Source of the DNA: Patescibacteria group bacterium
GTDB lineage: Bacteria > Patescibacteriota > Patescibacteriia > Buchananbacterales > UBA6539
DNA: 64,000 bases
Assembly (NCBI GenBank): GCA_041662625.1
Contig: JBAZSB010000001.1
Span: forward strand, 51,572 to 115,571
Direction of reading: 5' to 3'
Shown: positions 54,965 through 64,000 of the stretch, one piece after another
Layout of the letters: each line of letters opens with the position of its first letter
How positions within the stretch are numbered: the stretch's first letter is position 1
Made by a program: the position numbers and the translations under genes
Notes under the pieces: generated by a model
The model's database searches: none
The model's input: the letters and a program-made list of their open reading frames with translations, nothing else
What the model was told of the DNA's origin: nothing

Positions 54965-55033
54965 CAAAAAATTGTTTAACATTTGAGCTTTGGTATTTGA
55001 TATTGATTGGAAATTTGGATTTTGACATTTGGG
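54914..55033 (+). repeat. 'gacatt/tcaaat' palindromic element, copy 3 (with internal 23-nt direct repeat aaatccaaaatccaaatgacaaa x2)
   Basis: ttgatattgatt...ggattttgacattt shared with copy 2; overlaps the hydD 3' end. Confidence 0.45.
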
Positions 55034-55042
55034 TTTAAACCA

Positions 55043-55288
55043 ATGATCCACAAAGATAAAATCAAACACTTTTTAGCTTCGTCTTTCCTTACTGCTTTAA
55101 TCTATTGGTTAAGCCAAAATTTAATTTTGGCGATTCTAGTTCCCTTGTTGTTTGGTTTGGCCAAAGAATTATATGACCAGGCCAAGAAGAAAAATACTGT
55201 CAGTGAATCAATATTTGATTTAGGGGCTAATATTTTGGGAATAATTTTAGGAATCCTGGTCATTTATTTGGTAAATTTAAAATTATAA
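55043..55288 (+). CDS. hypothetical small membrane protein
   Basis: Two to three TM helices; ATG 55043 immediately after repeat copy 3. Confidence 0.4.
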   Translation: MIHKDKIKHFLASSFLTALIYWLSQNLILAILVPLLFGLAKELYDQAKKKNTVSESIFDLGANILGIILGILVIYLVNLKL

Positions 55289-55355
55289 AAAAACAGGGTG
55301 GCCCTATCGATCCATAAAGGAAAGAGAGCCACCGCTGACATGAGAGGGTTCGGTG

Positions 55356-55556
55356 TTATCGCCGCCGGCAGAACCAGAAGAACGGTAACACCATCCAAAT
55401 AACCCCAGCCAACGCGAGCGGCGGTGCATCGCTTTCGGCCGCCAATACACAGACGGCCAAGCCGGGTATAAAGAACAGGACGCCGTAGAAGAACCCAACT
55501 ACGGCCAGGAATTCGCCGATCCGTTCCCGGGTCGACAACGCTGCTGATTCAGTCAT
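55356..55556 (-). CDS. hypothetical GC-rich two-TM small protein with its own terminator (55294-55337, minus)
   Basis: MTESAALSTRERIGEFLAVVGFFYGVLFFIPGLAVCVLAAESD...; composition unlike the flanks; hairpin cagcggtggc...gccaccctg plus T-run downstream on the minus strand. Confidence 0.35.
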   Translation of the reverse strand: MTESAALSTRERIGEFLAVVGFFYGVLFFIPGLAVCVLAAESDAPPLALAGVIWMVLPFFWFCRRR

Positions 55557-55639
55557 ACAACAACCCTTTCTTATTTTCACCCACCATTGAGTGATAAAGT
55601 ATATTAAGATAAATTAATTATTTTGTCAATAATAGCGTT

Positions 55640-56926
55640 ATGAAGATTAAGATAAATCATTTAGCCAAGATGGAAGGCCACCTGGATTTTATTGGTGATA
55701 TTCTAAAAGGGGATGTGGCGTCTGCCAAAATTAAAACCACCGAAGGTGTCCGGTTGATTGAAAGCATATTGGTCGGCCGGAAATTTTCGGATGCACCAAT
55801 TATCACTGCCCGGATTTGCGGCATTTGCCCGGTGGTTCATTCGCTCAACACAATTAAAACCATTGAAAATGCTTTTGGCCTTAAGCCATCGGTTCAAACC
55901 ATCAAACTGAGAAAACTGATGGAATTGTCGCAAATAATTCATAGTCATGCTTTGCATTTGTATTTTCTGTCAATGCCGGATTTTTATGGAGTCAAAGATG
56001 ATTTGGATTTCATCAAAAAGCATCCCACCCAAGCTTCCTCGGCTATTACCTTAAGGGAATTCGGTTTGAAAATTCTGGAAGTGGTCGCTGGCCGCGCTAT
56101 TCATCCGATCGCCTGCGAAGTTGGTGGTTTTAAAGTTTTACCAAAAAAGAAAAAGCTGGAGGAACTCCTAGAAATGTATGAAGGGGCGATGTCAGCCGCA
56201 ATGCAGCTGGTTTTGTTTGCCGCCAGGTTGCCTTTTCCTAAGTTCTACCGGGAAATGGAGTTTGCCGCGCTAAACCAAAAAGGCGAATATGCGGTTTATG
56301 ACGGCGAAGTTAAATTTTTGGCGGGCAAAACTGTAAAAGCCAAAGATTATAGTCATATTATTACTGAATATCAGTTGCTTGGTTTGGCGGCTAAACGTGC
56401 CAATTACTCAGGTAAAAGTTTTATGGTCGGGGCTTTGGCGCGTTTAAATATTAATCATAATCAATTAAACCCCCAGGCCAAAAAAGTGGTAAAAGATTTG
56501 AAATTAGAATTTCCGATTTATAATACTTTTATGAACATTTTGGCCCAGGCGATTGAAATCGTCCAGGCCACTGAAGCAGCGGGTAATTTATTGGCAGATT
56601 TAATTAAGACTCTAAAACCCGAAGTAAGTTTAGGTCATAAGCTAAACTTAATCGCTAATGCTAACCCTAAAAATAAAATTACAATTGGTTATTCGGTGAT
56701 GGAAGCGCCGCGCGGAATCCTTTACGACATGTTGGAAATTGGTGCTAATGGAATTATCACCAAAGCCGATATCATTACGCCAACAGTTCAATTTTTGAAT
56801 AATCTTGAAGATGATTTGAAAGTTTATTTACCAAATTTAAAAAAGCTAAGTGCGGCTGAACGCGAGCAGAAAATCAAAACTTTGATCCGGGCGTATGATC
56901 CGTGTATTAGCTGCGCCACTCACTAA
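55640..56926 (+). CDS. hydA: group 3b [NiFe]-hydrogenase large (alpha) subunit
   Basis: N-terminal RICGICPVVH (RxCGxCxxxH) and C-terminal DPCISCATH (DPCxxCxxH) Ni-Fe ligand motifs. Confidence 0.85.
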   Translation: MKIKINHLAKMEGHLDFIGDILKGDVASAKIKTTEGVRLIESILVGRKFSDAPIITARICGICPVVHSLNTIKTIENAFGLKPSVQTIKLRKLMELSQIIHSHALHLYFLSMPDFYGVKDDLDFIKKHPTQASSAITLREFGLKILEVVAGRAIHPIACEVGGFKVLPKKKKLEELLEMYEGAMSAAMQLVLFAARLPFPKFYREMEFAALNQKGEYAVYDGEVKFLAGKTVKAKDYSHIITEYQLLGLAAKRANYSGKSFMVGALARLNINHNQLNPQAKKVVKDLKLEFPIYNTFMNILAQAIEIVQATEAAGNLLADLIKTLKPEVSLGHKLNLIANANPKNKITIGYSVMEAPRGILYDMLEIGANGIITKADIITPTVQFLNNLEDDLKVYLPNLKKLSAAEREQKIKTLIRAYDPCISCATH

Positions 56927-56939
56927 ATTCTAATTTTGA

Positions 56940-56986
56940 ATTTCTAATTTTGAATCAATTTTGAATATTCAAATATTATAATATTG
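56940..56986 (+). repeat. AT-rich palindromic (AATATT)x3 element, copy E4 (other copies at about 3187-3220, 6032-6078, 11244-11290)
   Basis: ttgaatcaattttgaatattcaaatattataatattgaatcaaaatt is near-identical to 11244-11290 and contains a TATAAT. Each copy sits 30-60 nt upstream of a + strand start codon (pheT, dnaE, GNAT, hypA-like). Confidence 0.45.
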
Positions 56987-57027
56987 AATCAAAATTCGAA
57001 TTTCAAAATTCAAAATTTGATAACTTT

Positions 57028-57282
57028 ATGCACGATTTACACGCAGCTGACCAAATCTTAAAGCTGGTTTTAGCAAAAGCCATTGAAAATAAATTATTGA
57101 AAGTAAAAAAAATTGTCATCGAACTGGGCAGTATGGTTGAGCATGGTCAAGATATTGATCCTGACAATTTGGCTTTTAATATCAAATTATTAGCCAGAAG
57201 TACACCCGCTCGTGACCTGAAAGTAATCATTAAAAAAGTTAAAGGCTTTGGCTGGCAACTGGTTGAGATTGAAGGTGACTAG
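57028..57282 (+). CDS. HypA-like hydrogenase nickel-insertion protein lacking the zinc-finger domain
   Basis: MHDLHAADQILKLVL... aligns to the HypA N-terminal Ni-binding domain (MHE...). No Cys at all, so the CxxC...CxxC Zn site is absent; 84 aa. Confidence 0.5.
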   Translation: MHDLHAADQILKLVLAKAIENKLLKVKKIVIELGSMVEHGQDIDPDNLAFNIKLLARSTPARDLKVIIKKVKGFGWQLVEIEGD

Positions 57283-57344
57283 TAAAAAACGAAATTTTTT
57301 TGTGGATAGCGAAGCCTTTTATTTTATGTTATAATTAAACCTAT

Positions 57345-58577
57345 ATGAAACCAAAAAAATCAATTCAGGAAGTCAAAAATTTAAAAGGAAAAACGGTACT
57401 GTTTCGTGTTGCTTATGATATTCCTTTGAAACAAAAGGGCAAGGGTTGGGTCGTGGCTGACGACCGGCGGATTGCCGAAACCATTCCGACTTTAAATTAC
57501 CTTCTAAAAAATCAGTGTAAAGTTGTTATTTTGTCTTGGCTAAAACGGCCAGGCGGCAAAGTAGTTGATAAATACCGAATGGATCCGGTAGCTAAAGCTT
57601 TGAGCCATTTGATAAAAAAACCGGTTAAAAAGTTAAATGATTGCATCGGACCAAAAGTTATGGCCGAAATCAAAAAACTTAAACCCGGCCAGATTCTGAT
57701 GCTGGAAAATGTTCGGTTTTATCCGCAGGAAGAAGAGGGGAACAAAATGTTTGCGGCGCTTTTGGTGCAAGGTATTGATCTGATTGTTTTTGATGCTTTT
57801 GCTCAGGCCCACCGTGTCCATTCTTCAACCACCGGCATCACTAAATTTTTGCCAACCTATGCCGGCTTTTTGCTAGAAAAAGAATTGAAAGCCCTAAGTC
57901 AAATCAACAAAAATCCCAAGCGGCCTTTGGTGATAGTTTTAGGTGGGGCAAAAATTTCCGATAAAATCAATGTTTTACAGGAGCTGGTTAAAATTGCCGA
58001 CAAGGTTTTAATTGGTGGCGGTTTGGCCAATGTTTTTTTAAAAGCTCAGCGAGTGCCAATTGGCCAATCTTTTATTGAAGATGTCTTTGTCGACAAGGCC
58101 CGAAGAAAAAAAGTTAATTTTACCAAATTGGCTAAAAGGTTATTAAAAAGATACAAGAGTAAAATTATTTTACCCGTTGATTTATTGGCGGGTAATAAAA
58201 TTGATGAACACTCATTGGTTGAGCTAGTCGATTTAGAAAATCATGAGGTAATTAATAAACGCTGGTTATTTTTGGATATTGGTCCCAAAACTGTTGCTAA
58301 TTATTTGGCGGAAATCAAAAAAGCTAAAACTATTTTTTGGAACGGCCCCATGGGGGTTTTTGAAATCGACAAATTTGCTTTTGGCACCAAAAAAGTTTCT
58401 GAAGCTGTCGCCAGAGCTAAAGCGACAACAGTGATTGGCGGTGGTGATACCGAAGTAATTGCTGCCAAATATAAATTGGAAGATAAATTTGATCACATTT
58501 CTACCGGTGGCGGTGCCAGCCTAGAATTTTTGGCCGGGAAAGAATTACCAGCCTTGAAAAATATAATTAACAAATAA
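57345..58577 (+). CDS. pgk: phosphoglycerate kinase
   Basis: Conserved Pgk N- and C-domain motifs (RVDFNVP-like region, GGGASLE). Confidence 0.9.
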   Translation: MKPKKSIQEVKNLKGKTVLFRVAYDIPLKQKGKGWVVADDRRIAETIPTLNYLLKNQCKVVILSWLKRPGGKVVDKYRMDPVAKALSHLIKKPVKKLNDCIGPKVMAEIKKLKPGQILMLENVRFYPQEEEGNKMFAALLVQGIDLIVFDAFAQAHRVHSSTTGITKFLPTYAGFLLEKELKALSQINKNPKRPLVIVLGGAKISDKINVLQELVKIADKVLIGGGLANVFLKAQRVPIGQSFIEDVFVDKARRKKVNFTKLAKRLLKRYKSKIILPVDLLAGNKIDEHSLVELVDLENHEVINKRWLFLDIGPKTVANYLAEIKKAKTIFWNGPMGVFEIDKFAFGTKKVSEAVARAKATTVIGGGDTEVIAAKYKLEDKFDHISTGGGASLEFLAGKELPALKNIINK

Positions 58578-58597
58578 TTAAAATTAACTTAAAAACT

Positions 58598-59383
58598 ATG
58601 GAACAAGAAAAAAACAACGCATGTTGCCATAACATGCCAGCTTGCAAAATTTTAGGCGCAGTTTTGGCTATTTTTTTGGTAATTTATCTGGGTGTTTTGA
58701 CTTGGAACGAAGTCAAAAAGCATGATTACATCGGCCGAGAAAGTCAGCAGACTTATACTATTGCCATCGATGGCGAAGGCAAAATCACCGCTATTCCGGA
58801 TATTGCCGAAATTTCTTTAGGCATTCAGACAGATAAAGTGACTGTTGCTACGGCGCAAAAAGAAAACACTGATAAAATGAACAAAATTATTGCTGAATTG
58901 AAAGGAATGGGAATTGAAGCCAAAGATATTCAAACGACAAATTACAGTATTTATCCGCGGTACGATTGGAATAATGGAAAACAAACTTTGCTCGGTTATA
59001 CCGTCAGTCAAAGTGTTACCGTTAAAATCCGGAATTTAGACAAGATCGGTGACATCGTTGACAAGGCCGGCAGCCTTGGTGCCAATCAGGTTAGTAGTCT
59101 GAGTTTCACTATTGATGAACCGGAAGTAATCAAGCAGCAGGCCCGGGAAAAGGCTTTACTTAATGCCAAAGAAAAAGCCGAGGCTTTAGCGAAAGTGGCC
59201 GGAGTTAAATTGGGCAAGTTAGTTTCGTTTACTGAGAGTTCTAACCCGGTTTACCCGGTTTATCGCGATTACGCGATGAAATCATTAGATGCTGGTATTG
59301 AGGAATCAGCGCCAGCGCCTACAGTTGAGCCCGGGAGCCAGGATGTGATTATCAATGTGATGGTGACGTATGAGGTTTTGTAA
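58598..59383 (+). CDS. SIMPL (DUF541/YggE-like) domain protein with N-terminal TM
   Basis: Membrane anchor then SIMPL-type repeats (...GYTVSQSVTVKIRNLDKIGDIVD...). Confidence 0.55.
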   Translation: MEQEKNNACCHNMPACKILGAVLAIFLVIYLGVLTWNEVKKHDYIGRESQQTYTIAIDGEGKITAIPDIAEISLGIQTDKVTVATAQKENTDKMNKIIAELKGMGIEAKDIQTTNYSIYPRYDWNNGKQTLLGYTVSQSVTVKIRNLDKIGDIVDKAGSLGANQVSSLSFTIDEPEVIKQQAREKALLNAKEKAEALAKVAGVKLGKLVSFTESSNPVYPVYRDYAMKSLDAGIEESAPAPTVEPGSQDVIINVMVTYEVL

Positions 59384-59418
59384 ATCATAAAAAGTAAATT
59401 CAGCGAGTTCGGCAAGGT

Positions 59419-59442
59419 CAGCGAGTTCAGCTGAACTCGCTG
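59419..59442. repeat. 24-bp perfect palindrome cagcgagttcag|ctgaactcgctg (gcgagttcag family)
   Basis: Sits between the SIMPL gene and eno. Flanked by further gcgagttc/aactcgctgaacttgct blocks resembling 46418-46500. Confidence 0.4.
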
Positions 59443-59478
59443 GATTCACTTAACTCGCTGAACTTGCTAAATAAATCT

Positions 59479-60735
59479 ATGCCCAAAATAAAATCCATCA
59501 AAGCCCGGGAAATTCTAAGCTCCGGCACCACGCCGTCGCTGGAAGTCAAAGTCATTTTGAGTGATGGTGCAATTGGTGTGGCCTCAGTTCCTTTTGGCGC
59601 TTCTGCCGGTATTCACGAGGCCCTGGTTTTACTTGACGGTGATAAAAAAAGATATGGCGGTACCGGAATGTTAAAAGCGGTTGCTAATATCAATCAGAAA
59701 ATTGCACCTAAGCTAATCGGCAAAAATCCGTTTCAGCAAAAATTGATTGATAAAATCATGATTGATTTGGATGGCACGGAAAATAAATCAAAGCTGGGCG
59801 GCAATGCGATTTTGGGAGTTTCTTTAGCGGTGGCCCGGGCTGCGGCTACTAGCAAAAAATTACCTTTGTACCGTTATCTCCGGCAGGCTTTTCGCTTACC
59901 TTATCGAAACTACAAACTACCCAAACCAATGATGGTGGTAATTGAAGGCGGCAAACATGCCGCTAATTCTACGGATTTGCAGGAATACATGATTACGCCG
60001 GTTGGTGGTAAGAATATTAAAGAATGTATTCGCTTCGGCGCTGAGGTTTATCTCGCCTTAAAAAAAGTCCTGAAAGAAAAAAAATTGAACGCCAATGTCG
60101 GCAACGAAGGCGCTTATGCGCCGCCGGGCTTAAAAAATAATGAAGAACCTTGGCAATTGATTTTGGCGGCTATTAAAAAAGCCGGCTACCGCGCTGGTAA
60201 AGATGTAATGCTTTCGGCCGATCCGGCAATTTCAGAACTTTTTGAAAATGGCAAATATCACTTAGCCAAAACTCACCAAAACCTAACTTCCCGGCAAATG
60301 ATTGATTATTTTGCCAAGTGGGTGAAGAAATATCCCTTGCTGACTTTAGAAGATCCTTTGGCTGAAGACGACTGGCAGTGGTGGCCAGTGATTACTAAAG
60401 AACTTGGTAAGAAAGTTAGGATCATTGGTGATGATTTGACCGTGACTAATCCCGAGCGTTTAAAAAAGGCGATAAAGCTCAAAGCAATCAATGCGATTTT
60501 AATTAAGCTTAATCAAATTGGTAGCTTATCTGAAACAATTCAAACGATTGAACTGGCACATAAAAATAAATTTTGGTCAATCATTTCCCATCGTGGCGGG
60601 GGAGAGACCAATGATACTTTTATGATTGATCTGGCGGTTGCCACCAATTCCGAGTTTGTCAAAGTTGGCATCTCGCGTGGGGAAAGAGTAGAAAAGTATA
60701 ATCGGCTTATGGAAATTGAAGATGAGCTGAGGTAA
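59479..60735 (+). CDS. eno: enolase
   Basis: Canonical enolase N-terminus MPKIKSIKAREIL and catalytic motifs. ATG 59479 preferred over the TTG 59464 of the track. Confidence 0.9.
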   Translation: MPKIKSIKAREILSSGTTPSLEVKVILSDGAIGVASVPFGASAGIHEALVLLDGDKKRYGGTGMLKAVANINQKIAPKLIGKNPFQQKLIDKIMIDLDGTENKSKLGGNAILGVSLAVARAAATSKKLPLYRYLRQAFRLPYRNYKLPKPMMVVIEGGKHAANSTDLQEYMITPVGGKNIKECIRFGAEVYLALKKVLKEKKLNANVGNEGAYAPPGLKNNEEPWQLILAAIKKAGYRAGKDVMLSADPAISELFENGKYHLAKTHQNLTSRQMIDYFAKWVKKYPLLTLEDPLAEDDWQWWPVITKELGKKVRIIGDDLTVTNPERLKKAIKLKAINAILIKLNQIGSLSETIQTIELAHKNKFWSIISHRGGGETNDTFMIDLAVATNSEFVKVGISRGERVEKYNRLMEIEDELR

Positions 60736-60880
60736 GTTTGTAAGTTACTAGGTTAATAAGTTAATAAAGTGAATAAAGCGATAGAGTGATCGAGTTAATA
60801 AAGTGATAGTAAGATATAAAGAAGATGGCTACAGGCGTGAGCGAGTAGTCATCTGGTAGAGTTTGATTCCATCCGTTTTC

Positions 60881-61189
60881 CTAATGTACTTCGGAAAGCC
60901 GCCCGGCGGCACGTTCCTGAAAATCCGCCCACGAGAGATCAGTTTCGATGTAGACGGGCCTTCCGCTATCGGATGATCCCTCCTTGGATTGGACATGACC
61001 TGACACGATACTTAGCAGAGTCCTTTCCGCCGCCGGGGCATTTATCGCCCCAGTCACTACGGTATAGAGGACTGCAATCTTGTTGTCATTTTCTGGTTGT
61101 CCCTCCTCTGCTTCCTCCGTGGTTACTATGATGGTGATATCCAGATGGTTATCAACCACCGCCCTTTTTCGCTCTGTTCTCGTTGCCAT
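60881..61189 (-). CDS. hypothetical acidic small protein in a GC-rich islet
   Basis: SD aggaagga 8 nt upstream of ATG; 102 aa; composition unlike the flanks. Confidence 0.4.
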   Translation of the reverse strand: MATRTERKRAVVDNHLDITIIVTTEEAEEGQPENDNKIAVLYTVVTGAINAPAAERTLLSIVSGHVQSKEGSSDSGRPVYIETDLSWADFQERAAGRLSEVH

Positions 61190-61285
61190 ATCGACCGTCC
61201 TTCCTGTCTTTGGTTTTCTGAGACTTTCCCGATTTTTTATCGTAGTTCTTTATAAGTAAAATGTCAAATATAAAAAACAATTCTA

Positions 61286-62317
61286 ATGTCTTTATCAAAA
61301 AAAGAAGAAAAAATATTAAAGTCAATCATTGTCGCTTCGGAAAATGATCCTCGTAAGCCGGAATTTCCGGCTGATGACCCGAAATTTCCCGCTACCCCAA
61401 CTTACAAAATAAAAGTGCCGGGATTTTTTAATGTTTGGCTCAAAGACGAAAGTTATAACCCGACCGGAACTCATAAAGACCGGATGGCCTGGGAAATTAT
61501 TGTAACTTACCGGGATTTTTTGTTGGCCAAAAAACGCGGTCAAACCAGTGGTACCCTGCCAGCAATGTCGATAATTTCTTCTGGCTCGGCGGCTTCGGCA
61601 ATCCAGACTCAACTGAAGAAATATCACTTGCCAGATCTAAAAGTATTGGTTGATTCTTACATTAATCCGGAAATTTTAAACTCCTTAAAAAAAATTGGCT
61701 GTGAAATTTATGAAACTGATTTGAGCAAGAAGCCGTTTGCTTGGAAAGAAATTTTGGAATTAACTCATAATCCAGATGGTTTTGATATTACTTCTAGTGA
61801 GGCTTTAGATCCAACTACCAGGTTTTATGATTGGTTGAGCTATGAAGTGATCAACAGTTCACCCCAGTATTGTTTTGTTCCTTTTGGTACTGGTAATCTT
61901 TATGAAAATATTTTGAATATCAATAAGAAAGAGGCCTCGACTAAAAATCATGACCCGAGATTCAAAGGTAATGTTGATGTGTTGAGAAAATGTAATTTTT
62001 TGGGGGTAACGACTAATAATCCGCGATCAAAGGCCGAAAAACTTTATTCGCCACATTTACCGTTTGTTCATTATGATGAGCAGTGGATCAGGTTATATCG
62101 TTATGCCGGCTATTGCGGACCCCAATCTAATGTTTATTTATTGCGGGAGCAATATCTCGATGAAGCACTTAAACTGGCGCAATCTCAAGGTATTAACTGT
62201 GAACCGTCAGGAATTGCTGGGTTGGCTTTGATGCTGCAGATGAAGAGCAAATTGCCAAAAAACCAAAAGATGTTAATTATCAATACTGGCAAAACAAAAT
62301 ATCAAGATGAAAAATAA
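61286..62317 (+). CDS. PLP-dependent enzyme, fold type II (threonine synthase/TrpB-like), divergent
   Basis: NPTGTHKDR lysine motif (cf. NPTGSFKDR) and Gly-rich loop CFVPFGTGNL; overlaps the gpmI start by 11 nt. Confidence 0.5.
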   Translation: MSLSKKEEKILKSIIVASENDPRKPEFPADDPKFPATPTYKIKVPGFFNVWLKDESYNPTGTHKDRMAWEIIVTYRDFLLAKKRGQTSGTLPAMSIISSGSAASAIQTQLKKYHLPDLKVLVDSYINPEILNSLKKIGCEIYETDLSKKPFAWKEILELTHNPDGFDITSSEALDPTTRFYDWLSYEVINSSPQYCFVPFGTGNLYENILNINKKEASTKNHDPRFKGNVDVLRKCNFLGVTTNNPRSKAEKLYSPHLPFVHYDEQWIRLYRYAGYCGPQSNVYLLREQYLDEALKLAQSQGINCEPSGIAGLALMLQMKSKLPKNQKMLIINTGKTKYQDEK

Positions 62318-63884
62318 TAAACACAATATTAAAAGACCTCCATTTGTTTTACTTATCCTAGACGGTTGGGGTCTTGCCCCAAAAAGTCTTGGTAATGCGA
62401 TTGAATTGGCCAAAAAGCCAAATTTTGATTATCTTTGGAATAATTATCCTCATACCAAGCTGCAGGCTTCAGATGGTTATGTTGGTTTGCCGCCAACGCA
62501 AGTGGGCAATTCCGAAGCCGGCCATATGAATATCGGTGCGGGCCGGGTCGTTGATCAGGACGCGGTTTTTATTTCCAAAGATATTAATACCGGTAAGTTT
62601 TTTAAGAACGCGGCTTTTGATGCAGCTTGCAAACATATTAAAAAAAACCGATCCAATCTTCATTTAATGGGCATGCTTTCTAACGGTCAAAGTGCTCATA
62701 GCGACCCTGATCATTTATTAGCTCTTTTAACTTGTGTCAGATTAAAAAAAATTCCCAATGCTTATTTACATTTATTTACTGATGGCCGTGATAGTCCGCC
62801 GCATTCCGCTTTGAAATTAGTGGAAGCCTTAATGCGGCAGCTAAAAAACCGAGCCAATGGTCGCCAGACCGGGGAATGGATTGCCACAATCATGGGCCGG
62901 TTTTATGCGATGGACCGTAAAAAAGCTTGGCAGCGCACCGAAGCAGCTTATAATGCCATGGTTTTAGGCCAAGGCATTGCCGCGAAAAGCCCCCAGGCAG
63001 CCATTACCCAGTCTTATAATCGTGGTGAAACTGATGAATTTATTCCACCCTATGTTATTCAACATGGTGGTAAGCCGATTGCCAAAATTAACGACGGTGA
63101 TGCCGTAGTTTTTTTCAATCTGCGGTCTGATCGGGCCAGGCAGCTGGCCAAACCTTTTGTCCAGAGGAATTTTACCGAAGAAAATCCCGGCAGTTTTAAA
63201 CGTAAAAAAATTCTAGAAAATATTGCTTTCGTCGCGATGACTGATTTTGGTCCGGACCTAGATTCAATCTTGACCGCCTATCCTTCGCCAGATCTGCACG
63301 GCACTTTGCCGATGGTCATTGACGGCCGCAAGCAATTATATATTGCAGAAAAAGAAAAGTACGCCCATGTCACTTACTTTTTTAATGGTGGTTATGCTGA
63401 TCCGGTTGCTGGTGAGGACAGGATTTCCATCCCGTCACCAAATGTTATTTCATATGATTTAAAGCCGGAGATGTCAGTCGCTGCAATTACCAGTCGGGTT
63501 TTGAAAGAACTTGATGATTATCAGTTTATGGTCATTAATTTCGCCAATGCTGATATGGTTGGCCATACCGGCAACCTAAAAGCTTGTATTAAAGCCATTG
63601 AAGCTGTTGATAAAAATTTAGGGAAAATTAAGGATGCAGTATTAGCGAAGAAAGGGACATTAATTGTTACTGCCGATCACGGCAATGCGGAAAAGATGCT
63701 GGACTTGGAAACTGGTGAAGTGTATACTGAACATACTTCTAATTTGGTGCCGTTTATTATTGTTGAAGCAAAGAAAACTAAGCATCAGCTCAAGAGAGGC
63801 CGACTCGGTGATGTGGCGCCGACAATTTTAAAGCTGATGAAGATTGGCAAAGCAAAAGAGATGAAGGGGAAAGCATTATTTTAA
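62307..63884 (+). CDS. gpmI: 2,3-bisphosphoglycerate-independent phosphoglycerate mutase
   Basis: iPGM N-terminus (PFVLLILDGWGLAP) and metal-binding motifs (DGRD, HTGN). Confidence 0.9.
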   Translation: MKNNKHNIKRPPFVLLILDGWGLAPKSLGNAIELAKKPNFDYLWNNYPHTKLQASDGYVGLPPTQVGNSEAGHMNIGAGRVVDQDAVFISKDINTGKFFKNAAFDAACKHIKKNRSNLHLMGMLSNGQSAHSDPDHLLALLTCVRLKKIPNAYLHLFTDGRDSPPHSALKLVEALMRQLKNRANGRQTGEWIATIMGRFYAMDRKKAWQRTEAAYNAMVLGQGIAAKSPQAAITQSYNRGETDEFIPPYVIQHGGKPIAKINDGDAVVFFNLRSDRARQLAKPFVQRNFTEENPGSFKRKKILENIAFVAMTDFGPDLDSILTAYPSPDLHGTLPMVIDGRKQLYIAEKEKYAHVTYFFNGGYADPVAGEDRISIPSPNVISYDLKPEMSVAAITSRVLKELDDYQFMVINFANADMVGHTGNLKACIKAIEAVDKNLGKIKDAVLAKKGTLIVTADHGNAEKMLDLETGEVYTEHTSNLVPFIIVEAKKTKHQLKRGRLGDVAPTILKLMKIGKAKEMKGKALF

Positions 63885-64000
63885 CAAAATAAAAAATTAA
63901 GAAAATAAAAAATTAAAGCCATAGCTTTACCTTAATTTCTTATTTTTTTATTTTATTAATTTCTTATTCTCATGGTAAAAACCCGTCCAAAACCAGTAGT

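Overview
This 64 kb window is low-GC, densely packed bacterial chromosome with + and - strand operons. The backbone is housekeeping. On the + strand: pheS-pheT, dnaE, two tandem GNAT genes, thrS, a MiaB-MiaA fusion, a MacB/FtsX-type ABC transporter, rpsB-tsf-yaaT, and the glycolysis genes gap, pgk, eno and gpmI. On the - strand: gatB, a dTTP-synthesis operon (dCMP deaminase, kinase, dut, 779-aa unknown, thyA, DHFR-family, tmk-like), rplA-rplK-nusG-secE, and gyrB. A group 3b [NiFe]-hydrogenase locus (hydB, hydG, hydD, hydA) is split up by a CbiM/NikM-like nickel transporter, hypC, an EamA transporter, a flavin reductase and a zinc-finger-less hypA-like gene. The fusion proteins (a MEMO-AMMECR1 fusion and the MiaB-MiaA fusion), streamlined gene content and hydrogenase type fit a small-genome uncultivated lineage, possibly CPR/Patescibacteria; that is inference only. 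I found no rRNA, tRNA, CRISPR array, transposase or integrase. The most notable feature is a GC-rich island at about 45.7-48.5 kb. It carries a His-codon leader peptide with an attenuator-like hairpin, then a radical-SAM/SPASM-like enzyme translationally coupled to a long-form HisG-like ATP phosphoribosyltransferase, and upstream a stand-alone HisG C-terminal-domain protein and a YerC/TrpR-like regulator. No other his genes are visible, and part of the 3' end of the hisG-like gene appears duplicated. Other findings are two unannotated Cys-rich mini-ORFs, tandem zinc-ribbon paralogs, several small GC-rich islets, and a paired structured RNA-like element. The window also holds several intergenic repeat families: an AT-rich (AATATT)x3 palindromic family, TTAGGAA heptad arrays, and a ~100-nt 'gacatt/tcaaat' palindromic element present three times around the hydrogenase locus. 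Coordinates placed by hand may be off by one or two bases.
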